This document shows positions 46,983 through 56,722 of a stretch of 61,914 bases of DNA, piece by piece (position 1 is the first letter of the stretch; each line of letters starts with the position of its first letter). The notes beneath the pieces are model-generated. The model was not told where the DNA came from, searched no databases, and saw nothing but the letters and a program-made list of their open reading frames with translations. The stretch lies in contig JAFWPR010000145.1 of assembly GCA_017545225.1 (NCBI GenBank), positions 1 through 61,914 on the forward strand, read 5' to 3'. The position numbers were made by a program, and so were the translations under genes. This DNA is from Clostridia bacterium. GTDB taxonomy: Bacteria; Bacillota; Clostridia; Oscillospirales; CAG-272.

Positions 46983-47116
46983 AACTCCCTCAGTCACCTT
47001 CGGTGACAGCTCCCTCAAAGAGGGAGCCTTGGTTTTCCCCGGCTCGTTCAGCAATATGGCGAGTTTAGCCTCCCTCCTTGAGGGAGGTGGCACGGCGAAG
47101 CCGTGACGGAAGGAGT
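46983..47116 (+). repeat. intergenic multi-hairpin repeat element, copy B (same family as 17671-17820)
   Basis: It has the same blocks and orientation as copy A. A 51-nt 3' segment (gcctccctccttgagggaggtggcacggcgaagccgtgacggaaggagt) differs from copy A by one base. Confidence 0.6.
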
Positions 47117-47154
47117 TTCCGACGGACCCGAGAGAATACGGAGATAATACAAAC

Positions 47155-48084
47155 ATGGACCTTTTCGATCTTCACTGTGATACTCCTCTTGAAGTCTTCA
47201 TGCGAGGAGGTTTCCTCACCGGCGACCTTCACGTGACCAAAGAAAAACTGTCGGGCGTCGGGCGCTACCGCCAGCTGGCGGCGTTCTGCTGCCCGCACGA
47301 TCTCGGCGACGCGGACGGCTTCCGCCTCTTCTTCCGCGTCGCGGAAACGTTCGGGAAAGCCGCGGCTGAAGCCGGATATACGGTGAGTCCCGACGGAGAT
47401 CCCGAGAACGGGAACTTCACGCTGACCGTGGAGGACGCGCGGATCCTCGACGGCGATCCCCGCAATCTCGACGCGCTGCTGTCCGCAGGGGTGGGCCTCG
47501 TCACCCCGCTGTGGGGCGGGACGACGTGCATAGGCGGAGCGCACGATACGGACGGGGGACTCACGCCCTTCGGAAAAGATGCCGTAAGAGAGCTCGCGAG
47601 GCGCGGGATACCCGTCGACGTGTCGCACGCGTCGGTGAAGTCCGCGGACGGGATCTTCGGGATCCTCGCGGACGCGGGCGTGCCTCCGATCGCGACTCAC
47701 TCCAATGCGTACGCCCTCTGCCGCCATTCGCGCAATCTGCGCGACGAACAGATAAAGATCATCCGCGAGGCGGGCGGGCTCGTCGGCGTGTCGCTTTGCC
47801 CTCACCACCTCACCGAAGACGGGGCGCCGAATTCGGAAGACGCCGCGCGCCATATAATTTACTATCTTGAAAGACTCGGGCCCCGAGGCGTCGCGCTCGG
47901 ATGCGACTTCGACGGGATCGGCTCGACTCCCTCCGATATCAAAAACGTGTCGGAAATCGGCAATCTCAGAAAGACGCTGACGGCTCTCGGCGTCGGCGAG
48001 GAGACCGTGAACGCCGTGTTTTTTGAGAACGCGGCGGAATACTTCGCAAAGATCCGCAAACTGAAAGGAAGCAAAAAAAGATGA
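47155..48084 (+). CDS. membrane-dipeptidase (M19) family protein
   Basis: The translation contains 'DLHCD', 'VDVSHAS', 'IATHSNA' and 'GCDFDG'. Confidence 0.8.
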   Translation: MDLFDLHCDTPLEVFMRGGFLTGDLHVTKEKLSGVGRYRQLAAFCCPHDLGDADGFRLFFRVAETFGKAAAEAGYTVSPDGDPENGNFTLTVEDARILDGDPRNLDALLSAGVGLVTPLWGGTTCIGGAHDTDGGLTPFGKDAVRELARRGIPVDVSHASVKSADGIFGILADAGVPPIATHSNAYALCRHSRNLRDEQIKIIREAGGLVGVSLCPHHLTEDGAPNSEDAARHIIYYLERLGPRGVALGCDFDGIGSTPSDIKNVSEIGNLRKTLTALGVGEETVNAVFFENAAEYFAKIRKLKGSKKR

Positions 48085-49562
48085 TGAACTACGTAAGCAC
48101 GAGAGACCGCGAGGGCGCCCTGAAGATCCGCTCCGCGGAAGCGATAAAGAAGGGACTCGCCCCGGACGGCGGCCTTTTCATGCCGGAGCGCATCCCTGCC
48201 CTCACCGAAGAGGAGATCCACGCCCTCTCTGAAATGAAGTACGAGGAACGCGCGCCCTTCATCCTCGGCAAATTCCTCGACGATTACGACCCCGAAACGC
48301 TCGCGGGCTACGCGAGAGAAGCGTATTCCGAAGAGAGGTTCCCGGGCGGCGCCGCGCCGCTTCGCGAGGTCGAAAAGGGTATATTTTCGCTCGAGCTGTG
48401 GCACGGTCCGACGTGCGCGTTCAAGGACATGGCTCTGCAGATAATGCCTCGCCTTCTCTCAGGCGCGCTGAAAATGACAGGCGAGCGGCGCGTCGCGCAC
48501 ATCCTCGTCGCGACGTCGGGCGACACCGGAAAGGCGGCTCTTGAGGGCTTCCGCGACGTCGACGGAGTCAGGATCACCGTCTTCTACCCGGAGGACGGCG
48601 TGTCCGCGATGCAGAAGCTTCAGATGAAGACGCAGGAGGGGAACAACGTTTCCGTCTGCGCCGTGAAGGGCAACTTCGACGACGCACAGACCGGAGTCAA
48701 GCGCATCTTCTCCGACCCCGAGGCAGCGGCTCGCGCGGAGGACGGAAATTCGTTCTTCTCGAGCGCGAACTCGATCAACTGGGGCCGCCTCGCACCGCAG
48801 ATCGTCTACTACGCCTCGGCTTACTGCGACCTTCTCAAAACGGGCGCGATCAAATACGGCGATCCCGTCAACGTGACCGTTCCGACGGGCAACTTCGGCA
48901 ACATCTTCGCGGGATATATCGCGCGGAAGATGGGCGTGCCGATAAAGCGGTTCGTCTGCGCGTCCAACTCCAACCGGGTGCTTACCGACTTCATCGAAAC
49001 GGGCGTTTACGACAGGAACAGAGAGTTCTTCCGCACCGCGTCGCCGTCGATGGATATCCTGATATCGAGCAATCTCGAGCGTCTGCTCTACGTTCTCGGC
49101 GGAGCGGAGGCGACGGCGGGATTCATGGCGGATCTTTCGGCGGCCGGCAGATACGAAGTCCCCGAAAAGCTCCTCGAAGAAGTGCGCTCGGTCTTCTCCG
49201 GGTACTCGTCGGACGAGGCGGAGACTTTCCAAACCATAAAAGATCTGTTCGACCGTAACGGATACCTCTGCGACCCGCACTCCGCGGTCGCGTTCGGCTG
49301 CGCGAGACGGTATATCGAAGAGTCAGGCGATGCGACGCCCATGGTCGTCGTGTCGACCGCGAACCCGTACAAGTTCCCCGCCGACGTGCTGAGAGCTCTG
49401 GGCGAGGAGCCGCGGGGCGATACTCCCGACGCGCTCTTCGGCGCGCTGTCGGCGCGCACGGGCACGACGCCCCCGAAGCCGCTTCTGCGCACCGCGACGC
49501 TCCCCGTCAGGTTCACCGATTCGGTGGAACCCGCCGGCATGGACGCGTTCGTCTTCAGATAA
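48081..49562 (+). CDS. thrC: threonine synthase
   Basis: The translation contains 'YVSTRD', 'ELWHGPTCAFKDMALQ' (the PLP lysine) and 'ATSGDTGKA'. The start overlaps the dipeptidase stop (ATGA). Confidence 0.9.
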   Translation: MMNYVSTRDREGALKIRSAEAIKKGLAPDGGLFMPERIPALTEEEIHALSEMKYEERAPFILGKFLDDYDPETLAGYAREAYSEERFPGGAAPLREVEKGIFSLELWHGPTCAFKDMALQIMPRLLSGALKMTGERRVAHILVATSGDTGKAALEGFRDVDGVRITVFYPEDGVSAMQKLQMKTQEGNNVSVCAVKGNFDDAQTGVKRIFSDPEAAARAEDGNSFFSSANSINWGRLAPQIVYYASAYCDLLKTGAIKYGDPVNVTVPTGNFGNIFAGYIARKMGVPIKRFVCASNSNRVLTDFIETGVYDRNREFFRTASPSMDILISSNLERLLYVLGGAEATAGFMADLSAAGRYEVPEKLLEEVRSVFSGYSSDEAETFQTIKDLFDRNGYLCDPHSAVAFGCARRYIEESGDATPMVVVSTANPYKFPADVLRALGEEPRGDTPDALFGALSARTGTTPPKPLLRTATLPVRFTDSVEPAGMDAFVFR

Positions 49563-49563
49563 T

Positions 49564-50298
49564 ATGTCCGTCTGGTCGATTGCCGATCTTCACCTGTCTC
49601 TCTCCACTCCGAAGCCGATGGACGTTTTCGGCAGCAGGTGGCGGGGGTATACGGAAAAGATCGAAAAGAACTGGCGCGCCGTCGTCAAGGACGGCGACAC
49701 CGTCGTGATACCGGGCGACGTCTCGTGGGCGATGCGCCTTCCCGAGGCGGAGGCGGACTTCCGCTTCATCGACTCGCTCCCGGGCGAGAAGATCGTCGGC
49801 AAGGGCAATCACGATCTGTGGTGGACGACCGTCTCGAAAATGGAGAGATTCCTCTCCGACGCGGGAATAACTTCTATTAAATTTCTTTACAACAACGCGT
49901 ATCTCAGGGACGGCGCCGTGATCGCCGGGACGAGGGGCTGGTTCCCCGAGGAGCGGCTGATGGTATCAAAAGCGCTCGCCGACGCCGACTTCAAAAAACT
50001 CGTCGAGCGGGAAGAGATCAGGCTCCGCGCGAGTCTCGAGGCGGGCGACAAGCTCCGCCGCGAGGCGGGACTTCCCGACGCGCCGATCATCGTTTATCTG
50101 CACTTCCCTCCTCTTTTCGAGGGTTTCAGGGTCGACGGGATGATGGACGCGATGCGCGGGTTCGGCGTGACGAGGTGCTTTTTCGGTCACGTTCACGGGA
50201 AATACTCGGTCCCCGCGTCGGTCGAAGAGGACGGGATGACCCTCTCGCTCATATCGGCGGACTACCTGGGCTTCGTACCGCATCTCGACGTGAAATGA
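49564..50298 (+). CDS. metallophosphoesterase family protein
   Basis: The translation contains 'IADLHLS', 'GDVSW', 'GNHD' and 'FGHVH'. Confidence 0.75.
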   Translation: MSVWSIADLHLSLSTPKPMDVFGSRWRGYTEKIEKNWRAVVKDGDTVVIPGDVSWAMRLPEAEADFRFIDSLPGEKIVGKGNHDLWWTTVSKMERFLSDAGITSIKFLYNNAYLRDGAVIAGTRGWFPEERLMVSKALADADFKKLVEREEIRLRASLEAGDKLRREAGLPDAPIIVYLHFPPLFEGFRVDGMMDAMRGFGVTRCFFGHVHGKYSVPASVEEDGMTLSLISADYLGFVPHLDVK

Positions 50299-50365
50299 CC
50301 TCCTCTTTGGTATTATTCGCCATAGGGCGACCCGATTTGACGATTTTGTTATCAATAATATAATA

Positions 50366-50394
50366 TTGACTTTTTTTCAAAAAAAAGCTAAAAT
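50366..50394 (+). promoter_or_regulatory. promoter upstream of tig
   Basis: TTGACT (50366-50371), a 17-nt spacer, then TAAAAT (50389-50394). Confidence 0.45.
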
Positions 50395-50436
50395 AATTAT
50401 GTTTGCACAAAAGTACATATCCGGAGGAAACAGAAG

Positions 50437-52026
50437 ATGAGTTTGATCAAGACAGAACAGCTCGGAACCAATCAGTACAAGATAACCTTTGACGCCGACA
50501 GAGCGACGTTCGACGAAGCGGTGACGAAAGTATTCAAAAAGGCGTCCCGCAATATCACCGTCCCCGGCTTCCGCAGGGGCAAAGCGCCCCGCGCCATCAT
50601 CGAAAAGATGTACGGCCGCGAGATCTTCCACGAGGACGCCGTGAACGAGATCCTTCCCGACGCTTATGAGAAAGCGATCGAAGGATTCGAGAAGACGATC
50701 GTCAGCCGTCCCGCGTTCGACGTTGAAACGATAGATGAAAACGGCGTGACCTTCACCGCGATCTTCTACACGAAGCCCGACGTTGAAATCAAGGATTACG
50801 TCGGCATCCCCGTCACCCGCGAAGTCGAGGAAGTCAACGCCTCCGAGGTCGACGCGGAGATCAACAGAGTCAGGAACCGCAACGCGAGAATGATCGAGAT
50901 CACCGACCGCCCCGCCGGGGACGGCGATATCGCGAATATCGACTACGAGGGTTCCGTCGACGGCGTGCCGTTTGACGGCGGCGCGGCAAAGGGCCACGAT
51001 CTGGCGCTCGGCTCCGGCACGTTCATCCCCGGATTCGAGGATCAGGTAGCCGGTCACAGCATCGGCGACGAGTTCGAAGTCAACGTCACGTTCCCGGAGG
51101 AATATCACGCGAAGGAACTTGCGGGAAAAGCGGCGGTCTTCAAATGCCGCCTGAACTCGATCAAGTTCAACGAGCTTCCCGAGCTTGACGACGATTTCGC
51201 GCGCGACGTTTCCGAATTCGATACGTTCGCTGAATACAAAGCGGACGTCGAGGCGAAACTCAAAGAGAGAAACGAAAAGACCGCCGACAGGAAAGTCGAA
51301 GACGATCTGCTCGCAGCTCTGATCGACAAACTCGAGGGCGAGATCCCCGAGGCGATGTTCGAGAACGAGACTGAGAACTTCGTCCGCGACTACGACACCC
51401 GTCTGAGGATGCAGGGACTCGATCTCGAGACCTACTTCAAATACACCGGACTCAACATCGACGCGCTCAAGGAGCAGATGAGACCGGACGCCGAGCGTCA
51501 GGTCAAGTCGCGCCTCGCGCTTGAGAAGATCGCAGAACTCGAGGGCTTCACCGCCTCCGACGAAGAGATCGAAGCCGAGTACGCGCGTCTGGGCGAAGCG
51601 TACGGCATGGAGATCGACAAGGTCAAAGAGGCAGTCGCCGCCGACGCTCTCGCCGAGGACCTTAAAGTGAAGAAAGCGTCCGACTTCGTAAAGGAAAAGG
51701 CGAAGATCACGACGAAGGGCGCGAAGAAGGCCCCCGCCAAGAAGGCGCCCGCGAAGAAAGCGGCAGAGCCGAAGGAAGAAGCAAAGGAAGAGGCCGCCGA
51801 AAAGCCCGCTCCGAAGAAAGCTCCGGCGAAGAAACCCGCCGCGAAGAAGGAAGAGGGAGAAGCGAAACCCGCGGCGAAGGCCCCGGCAAAGAAAGCGCCC
51901 GCTAAGAAGGCCGCCGCGCCGAAGGAAGAAGCGAAGGAAGAGGCAGCCGAAAAACCCGCTCCGAAGAAGGCTCCCGCGAAGAAGCCCGCGGCGAAGAAAC
52001 CCGCGGCAAAAAAGGAAGACAAATAA
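50437..52026 (+). CDS. tig: trigger factor with about 100-aa Lys/Ala/Pro-rich C-terminal tail
   Basis: The translation contains 'VPGFRRGKAPRAIIEKMYG' and an FKBP-type PPIase region ('GFEDQV'). An unusual repetitive tail begins at about nt 51709. Confidence 0.9.
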   Translation: MSLIKTEQLGTNQYKITFDADRATFDEAVTKVFKKASRNITVPGFRRGKAPRAIIEKMYGREIFHEDAVNEILPDAYEKAIEGFEKTIVSRPAFDVETIDENGVTFTAIFYTKPDVEIKDYVGIPVTREVEEVNASEVDAEINRVRNRNARMIEITDRPAGDGDIANIDYEGSVDGVPFDGGAAKGHDLALGSGTFIPGFEDQVAGHSIGDEFEVNVTFPEEYHAKELAGKAAVFKCRLNSIKFNELPELDDDFARDVSEFDTFAEYKADVEAKLKERNEKTADRKVEDDLLAALIDKLEGEIPEAMFENETENFVRDYDTRLRMQGLDLETYFKYTGLNIDALKEQMRPDAERQVKSRLALEKIAELEGFTASDEEIEAEYARLGEAYGMEIDKVKEAVAADALAEDLKVKKASDFVKEKAKITTKGAKKAPAKKAPAKKAAEPKEEAKEEAAEKPAPKKAPAKKPAAKKEEGEAKPAAKAPAKKAPAKKAAAPKEEAKEEAAEKPAPKKAPAKKPAAKKPAAKKEDK

Positions 52027-52112
52027 TCAAACGGTAAGCATATATATTATCTGCCGCTGTCCCGTTTCCGCGGGACAGCGGTACGAGTATAACGAGAAAG
52101 GAAGGTACTGAT

Positions 52113-52697
52113 ATGGCGCTTGTTCCGATGGTAGTAGAACAGACCAACAGAGGGGAGAGGTCTTACGACATTTACTCCCGTCTTCTCAACGACAGGATCG
52201 TTTTCCTCGCCGACGAGGTAAACGACGTCACCGCGTCGCTCGTCGTGGCGCAGCTCCTCTATCTCGAGGCGCAGGACCCCGACAAGGACATCAGTCTTTA
52301 CATCAACAGCCCCGGCGGCTCCGTCACCGCGGGCATGGCGATCTACGACACTATGAATTTCGTGAAATGCGACGTGTCGACGACGTGCATCGGCATGGCG
52401 GCGAGCATGGGCGCGTTCCTCCTCAGCTCGGGCGCGAAAGGCAAGAGATACGCCCTCCCGAACAGCGAGATCATGATCCATCAGCCCCTCGGCGGAGCGC
52501 AGGGTCAGGCGTCCGACATCAAGATACACGCCGAGCATATCCTCAAGACGCGCGAGACGCTGAACCGCATCCTTGCCGAGAACACCGGCAAGCCGATCGA
52601 GATCATCGAAGCCGACACGGAGAGAGACAACTTCATGAGCGCGGAAGCGGCGAAGGAATACGGCCTCGTCGACCGCGTCATCGTTCATCACGCGTAA
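52113..52697 (+). CDS. clpP: ATP-dependent Clp protease proteolytic subunit
   Basis: The translation contains '[10 protein letters not shown]', 'INSPGGSV', '[11 protein letters not shown]' and 'MIHQP'. Confidence 0.95.
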   Translation: MALVPMVVEQTNRGERSYDIYSRLLNDRIVFLADEVNDVTASLVVAQLLYLEAQDPDKDISLYINSPGGSVTAGMAIYDTMNFVKCDVSTTCIGMAASMGAFLLSSGAKGKRYALPNSEIMIHQPLGGAQGQASDIKIHAEHILKTRETLNRILAENTGKPIEIIEADTERDNFMSAEAAKEYGLVDRVIVHHA

Positions 52698-52706
52698 TTT
52701 TTGATT

Positions 52707-52799
52707 TGTCATCCTGAGAGAGCGCGATAGCGCGAGCCGAAGGATCTCTTATCAGATTCTTCGACTTCGTTCACTCCGTTCACTTCGCTCAGAATGACA
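52707..52799. repeat. palindromic REP/MITE-like element between clpP and clpX
   Basis: The termini tgtcatcctgag...ctcagaatgaca are inverted. Internal hairpins are cgcgatagcgcg and gaaggatct..agattcttc. Confidence 0.5.
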
Positions 52800-52838
52800 C
52801 GGTTATGAAGAAACCACGCACTCAGAAAGGTCATAAAA

Positions 52839-54113
52839 ATGGCTGAAAACAACAGCGGTACCCCGAAGAGGACTTGCTCCTTCTGCGGAAGGGGCGAGGG
52901 ACAGGTGATGTTCCTGATCCCGTCCCCGACCGGTCTTTATATCTGCGACAACTGCATAGACGCGTGCAACGACATCATCTACGATCACGTTCACGCCGGG
53001 ACCGAGAGAAAGGATCTCACGAGAGAAAATCTCCCGAAGCCCGAAGAGATCAAGAGAACGCTCGACGAATACGTCATCGGTCAGGACAAGGCGAAGATCG
53101 CCCTGTCCGTCGCGGTCTACAACCACTACAAACGGCTCATCTACACCGACGCGCAGAGCAAGGCGAAGAAAAAAGAGGACGGCGGTCCCGACGACGTCGA
53201 GATCAAAAAGAGCAACGTGCTCCTGATCGGCCCGACCGGAGTCGGCAAGACGTTCCTCGCCGAGACGCTGGCGAAGACGCTGGACGTGCCGTTCGCGATC
53301 GCCGACGCCACGACGCTCACCGAAGCGGGCTACGTAGGCGAGGACGTCGAGAATATCCTTTTGCGCCTGATCCAGGCGGCGGACTGGGATATCGAGGCGG
53401 CTGAGCGAGGCATCATCTATATCGACGAGATCGACAAGATATCAAGGCGAAGCGAGAACCGCTCGATCACGCGCGACGTTTCGGGCGAGGGAGTTCAGCA
53501 GGCGCTTCTGAAGATCCTCGAGGGGACCGTCTCGAACGTTCCCCCGCAGGGCGGACGGAAGCATCCGAATCAGGATTTCATACAGATCAATACCGAGAAT
53601 ATCCTCTTCATCTGCGGCGGCGCGTTCGACAACCTCGATCAGATAATCGAGGCGCGGCGCGGATCGGCTTCGATCGGCTTCGGCGGCGAGGTAAAGACGA
53701 AGAAGGAAAAACTCGAGAGGAAGATCTTCGAGGACGTGACGAGCCACGATATCGTCAAGTTCGGTCTCATCCCCGAGCTCGTGGGCAGACTTCCCGTCAT
53801 CGTAGGTCTCGAGGCGCTCGACGCGGACGCGCTCGTACGTATCCTCAAGGAGCCGAGGAATTCCCTGACGAAGCAGTATAAAAAACTGCTCGAGATGGAC
53901 GGCGTGAAGCTCACGTTCGAGGACGACGCTCTGCGCGCCGTCGCCGAAAAGGCGATAGAGCGCGGCACCGGAGCGCGCGGTCTGCGCTCGATCATCGAGG
54001 AAACCGTGACGGGGATCATGTATTCCGTCCCCTCCCGCGAAGACGTCGCGGAAGTGGTGATCACCGCGGAGTGCATAAACGAAGGCAAAGAACCGAAGAT
54101 AGTGAAGAAATAA
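52839..54113 (+). CDS. clpX: ATP-dependent Clp protease ATP-binding subunit ClpX
   Basis: It has the zinc finger 'CSFCG...CDNC', Walker A 'GPTGVGKT' and 'IIYIDEIDK'. Confidence 0.95.
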   Translation: MAENNSGTPKRTCSFCGRGEGQVMFLIPSPTGLYICDNCIDACNDIIYDHVHAGTERKDLTRENLPKPEEIKRTLDEYVIGQDKAKIALSVAVYNHYKRLIYTDAQSKAKKKEDGGPDDVEIKKSNVLLIGPTGVGKTFLAETLAKTLDVPFAIADATTLTEAGYVGEDVENILLRLIQAADWDIEAAERGIIYIDEIDKISRRSENRSITRDVSGEGVQQALLKILEGTVSNVPPQGGRKHPNQDFIQINTENILFICGGAFDNLDQIIEARRGSASIGFGGEVKTKKEKLERKIFEDVTSHDIVKFGLIPELVGRLPVIVGLEALDADALVRILKEPRNSLTKQYKKLLEMDGVKLTFEDDALRAVAEKAIERGTGARGLRSIIEETVTGIMYSVPSREDVAEVVITAECINEGKEPKIVKK

Positions 54114-54122
54114 AAAAAGATA

Positions 54123-54155
54123 CCGCGGCGCTTCCGTGGAAGCGCCGCGGGTTTT
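54123..54155. terminator. terminator between convergent clpX and ATPase gene
   Basis: A 13-bp stem ccgcggcgcttcc/ggaagcgccgcgg is followed by GTTTT on the plus strand. An A-run precedes it. Confidence 0.6.
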
Positions 54156-54167
54156 AATATCATTCGG

Positions 54168-55499
54168 TCAGTTTCCGGCACCTTGCAGAAACATCACGTA
54201 GTAGACGGGAAGATAAGTGATCTTCCCGTTTGTGCTCACCTGCCGCTCGTTTGAAAGAACGAGCGCTTTTTTGACGTGATAATCCTCATTGGAAACGAAT
54301 GTGTTGAGCGCGCTGTGGATCTTGTAGTCCTTTCCGGACTTCACCTCGATCGGGAGAGCGGATAGAGACGCGTAGTCGTCTATCAGATAATCGACTTCGC
54401 CCTTTGTCCGATTATCGTAATAGAAGAGGCGGTAACCGTGCGCGATCAACTCGCTTGCAACGACAGTTTCGTAAACGGCTCCGAGATTGACGCTGCGTTC
54501 GTCGTCAAGCACGGCGCGGATATTGTTTCCGTACAGGATCCCCGTAAGCAGACCGACGTCGTTCAGGTACAGTTTCAACAGGTTTTTTCCGGATGATTCG
54601 ATCAGGGGAAACACGGGCGTCGAGATCGCCTGCACGTTCAACGCGATCCCCGCGCTGATCAGATATTCAAATTCGTCTTCGTAGTCCCTGAACGTCTTCC
54701 CTTTTTTGTTTTCGATATCCTGCGCGACGACGCGCTTCTTTTTGTTTTCCATATTGGAGGGGATCATGTCGTAAACGCGGCGGATTTTGAGTTTTTTCTC
54801 CTCGTCGTATTTTGAAGCGTCTGCGGCGTAATACTCGCGGATCTCGCTCTGGATCGCGCGGACCGAACGGATATTTTTCTCCTCTATATAAGCGTTCACC
54901 GCGTCGGGGAGACCGCCTACGAGCAGATATTTACGGAAGAGATCCATTATTCTTGCGTGCGTCGCTTCATCAAGCGATTCCGAACGCTCGTATTTCTTAC
55001 GTATTGAAGACACAGCCTCTTTTCCTACGCCGCCCGCGTACAGAAACTCCTCAAAGTCAAGCGGAAACATCCGAACTTTACGCACGCTGCCCATCGGGAT
55101 CGAAGTCGTCTGAGACAACGTGACCCCGAGCAGCGAACCGCTGGCGATATACGTGAATCTGCCGTCCTGAGACAGGAATTTCAGGAGCGTCAACAAATGG
55201 GGATACGCCTGGATCTCATCGATGAAGATCAGCGTATCGTCCTTCCCTTTCATCTTATCACCCGAGAGCATACTCACCTGAAGATAAAAATCCTCTACGG
55301 TACGCACGCCTGAAAACAACTTTTTTCCTTCGATATCCTCGATCATATTGATCTCGATGAAATTTTCAAAAAGCTTCTTTCCGACGTATCGAATAATATA
55401 AGTCTTGCCCACCTGACGCGCCCCGTCAATGAGTAAAACCTTTGATGTGCCTGACTTCAAATGGTCTTCGATAAGCGATCCGATCTTACGGAAAAGCAT
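54168..55499 (-). CDS. AAA+ ATPase, AAA_14/DUF4143-type (paralogue of 1469-2770)
   Basis: It has Walker A 'GARQVGKTY' and Walker B 'LIFIDEIQ', with a C-terminal region similar in layout to the first copy. GAGGTG lies upstream. Confidence 0.8.
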   Translation of the reverse strand: MLFRKIGSLIEDHLKSGTSKVLLIDGARQVGKTYIIRYVGKKLFENFIEINMIEDIEGKKLFSGVRTVEDFYLQVSMLSGDKMKGKDDTLIFIDEIQAYPHLLTLLKFLSQDGRFTYIASGSLLGVTLSQTTSIPMGSVRKVRMFPLDFEEFLYAGGVGKEAVSSIRKKYERSESLDEATHARIMDLFRKYLLVGGLPDAVNAYIEEKNIRSVRAIQSEIREYYAADASKYDEEKKLKIRRVYDMIPSNMENKKKRVVAQDIENKKGKTFRDYEDEFEYLISAGIALNVQAISTPVFPLIESSGKNLLKLYLNDVGLLTGILYGNNIRAVLDDERSVNLGAVYETVVASELIAHGYRLFYYDNRTKGEVDYLIDDYASLSALPIEVKSGKDYKIHSALNTFVSNEDYHVKKALVLSNERQVSTNGKITYLPVYYVMFLQGAGN

Positions 55500-55698
55500 G
55501 TTTCACACCTCGCAAGCAACTTTTCAAACTGATTGTAGCATATAAAAGGCAACTTTTCAATACCAATTTACGTAATAATTCATGGCTTTTCATTTCTTAC
55601 TTTTACTTCTCCGTCAGTTTTCTTTGGCGTAAACGAAATCGCCCTTTGCCGCAGATCGATATAACAATAAATGAACGAAAAAATCAACCGATTATTTA

Positions 55699-55727
55699 TT
55701 GCAAAACACGGTCGTTTATGATAGAAT
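55699..55727 (+). promoter_or_regulatory. promoter (extended -10), copy A of a duplicated promoter-leader
   Basis: TTGCAA (55699-55704), a 17-nt spacer, then TGaTAGAAT (55719-55727). It lies within the 72-nt block 55682-55753, which is homologous to 57224-57295. Confidence 0.5.
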
Positions 55728-55759
55728 TCGCTTGGAGATCAAAGCCGGAGGATATGATT

Positions 55760-56314
55760 ATGAAAAAGATCATAGGAATCGCCGGGGGAACGGCGAGCGG
55801 AAAATCGACCTTTACCGACAAACTGGAAGAAAAACTCACTGCGGACGGGTTTTCCGTAAGAACGATCCATATGGATCAGTTCTTCCGGCCCGAGGAGGAC
55901 CGTCCGCACGTCGCGTCGCATATAAGCGGAAAGATATACGTCGACGACAACTGCCCCGACACCGTCGACCTCGACGCCTTTCACAGAGAATTCGACGACG
56001 CCGCGGCTGACGAAAAGGCCGACGTCGTTATCGCTGAGGGGCTGCTGATCCTCTGGGACGAAAAACTAAAGGATCGTCTCGATCTTCGCGTATTCGTCGA
56101 CTGCGCCGCCGACGAAAGGATCGTCCGCCGCCTCCGCCGCAATATGGAGTGGGGACTTCCATTTGATAAAATATCGGCGGTCTATCTCGATATGGTCCGC
56201 TTCCGCCACGAGCAGTACGTCGAACCGACGAAGTGGACTGCGGATATTATCGTGAACGGCGCGGGCGACACGGAAAAAGCGACTGAGATGATCGCAGGAT
56301 GGGTCGGGAAATAG
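55760..56314 (+). CDS. uridine kinase / PRK-family P-loop kinase
   Basis: The translation contains 'IIGIAGGTASGKST' and 'VVIAEGLLIL', followed by 'RIVRRLRRN'. The ATG at 55760 lies 8 nt after GGAGG. Confidence 0.75.
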   Translation: MKKIIGIAGGTASGKSTFTDKLEEKLTADGFSVRTIHMDQFFRPEEDRPHVASHISGKIYVDDNCPDTVDLDAFHREFDDAAADEKADVVIAEGLLILWDEKLKDRLDLRVFVDCAADERIVRRLRRNMEWGLPFDKISAVYLDMVRFRHEQYVEPTKWTADIIVNGAGDTEKATEMIAGWVGK

Positions 56315-56392
56315 AAGACAGGAGGGACGGTTCTGTGTCTTTGCGACACAGAACCGTCCCCTTATCCGAAAACCGTCCGATTTAAAAAGGTG

Positions 56393-56722
56393 TCACTTTC
56401 CCTGTTCTGACTGAGAACCGAACAGAATTCTCATATAGTCTCTTCCGCTGTACAAAACGCTGACAACGTACGCTGTACTCCGTTCATAACGGTAAAACGC
56501 CAAATAATTCCCGCAGACCAGGAAACGATAGTCGGTATCGAAACCAATAACAGAAGACAGGGGCGCGCCGGATTCCGGGAACTGAGATAACGTCCTAACT
56601 CGTTCCGTGATTTTTGAGATCGTGTTAACAGCCGCCTGTTCGCTGCACAACTCTTCGGCAATATACGCTTTGATCCCGCGAAGGTCATTCAAAGCTTCGG
56701 GAGAGAACTTGATATCAGCCAT
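56393..56722 (-). CDS. ParE/RelE-family toxin (type II TA)
   Basis: The 109-aa product contains 'FSPEALNDLRGIKAYI' and 'YRFLVCGNYLAFYRYE...VVSVLYSGRDY', which is typical of ParE. It overlaps the antitoxin gene by 8 nt. Confidence 0.8.
   Translation of the reverse strand: MADIKFSPEALNDLRGIKAYIAEELCSEQAAVNTISKITERVRTLSQFPESGAPLSSVIGFDTDYRFLVCGNYLAFYRYERSTAYVVSVLYSGRDYMRILFGSQSEQGK

Noticed and set aside
51498-52022. A 174-aa minus-strand ORF (Ala/Phe/Gly-rich) opposite the trigger factor tail.
   Set aside because: It is a mirror image of the Lys/Ala/Pro repeat coding sequence. It is continuous only because the repeat lacks stops on both strands.
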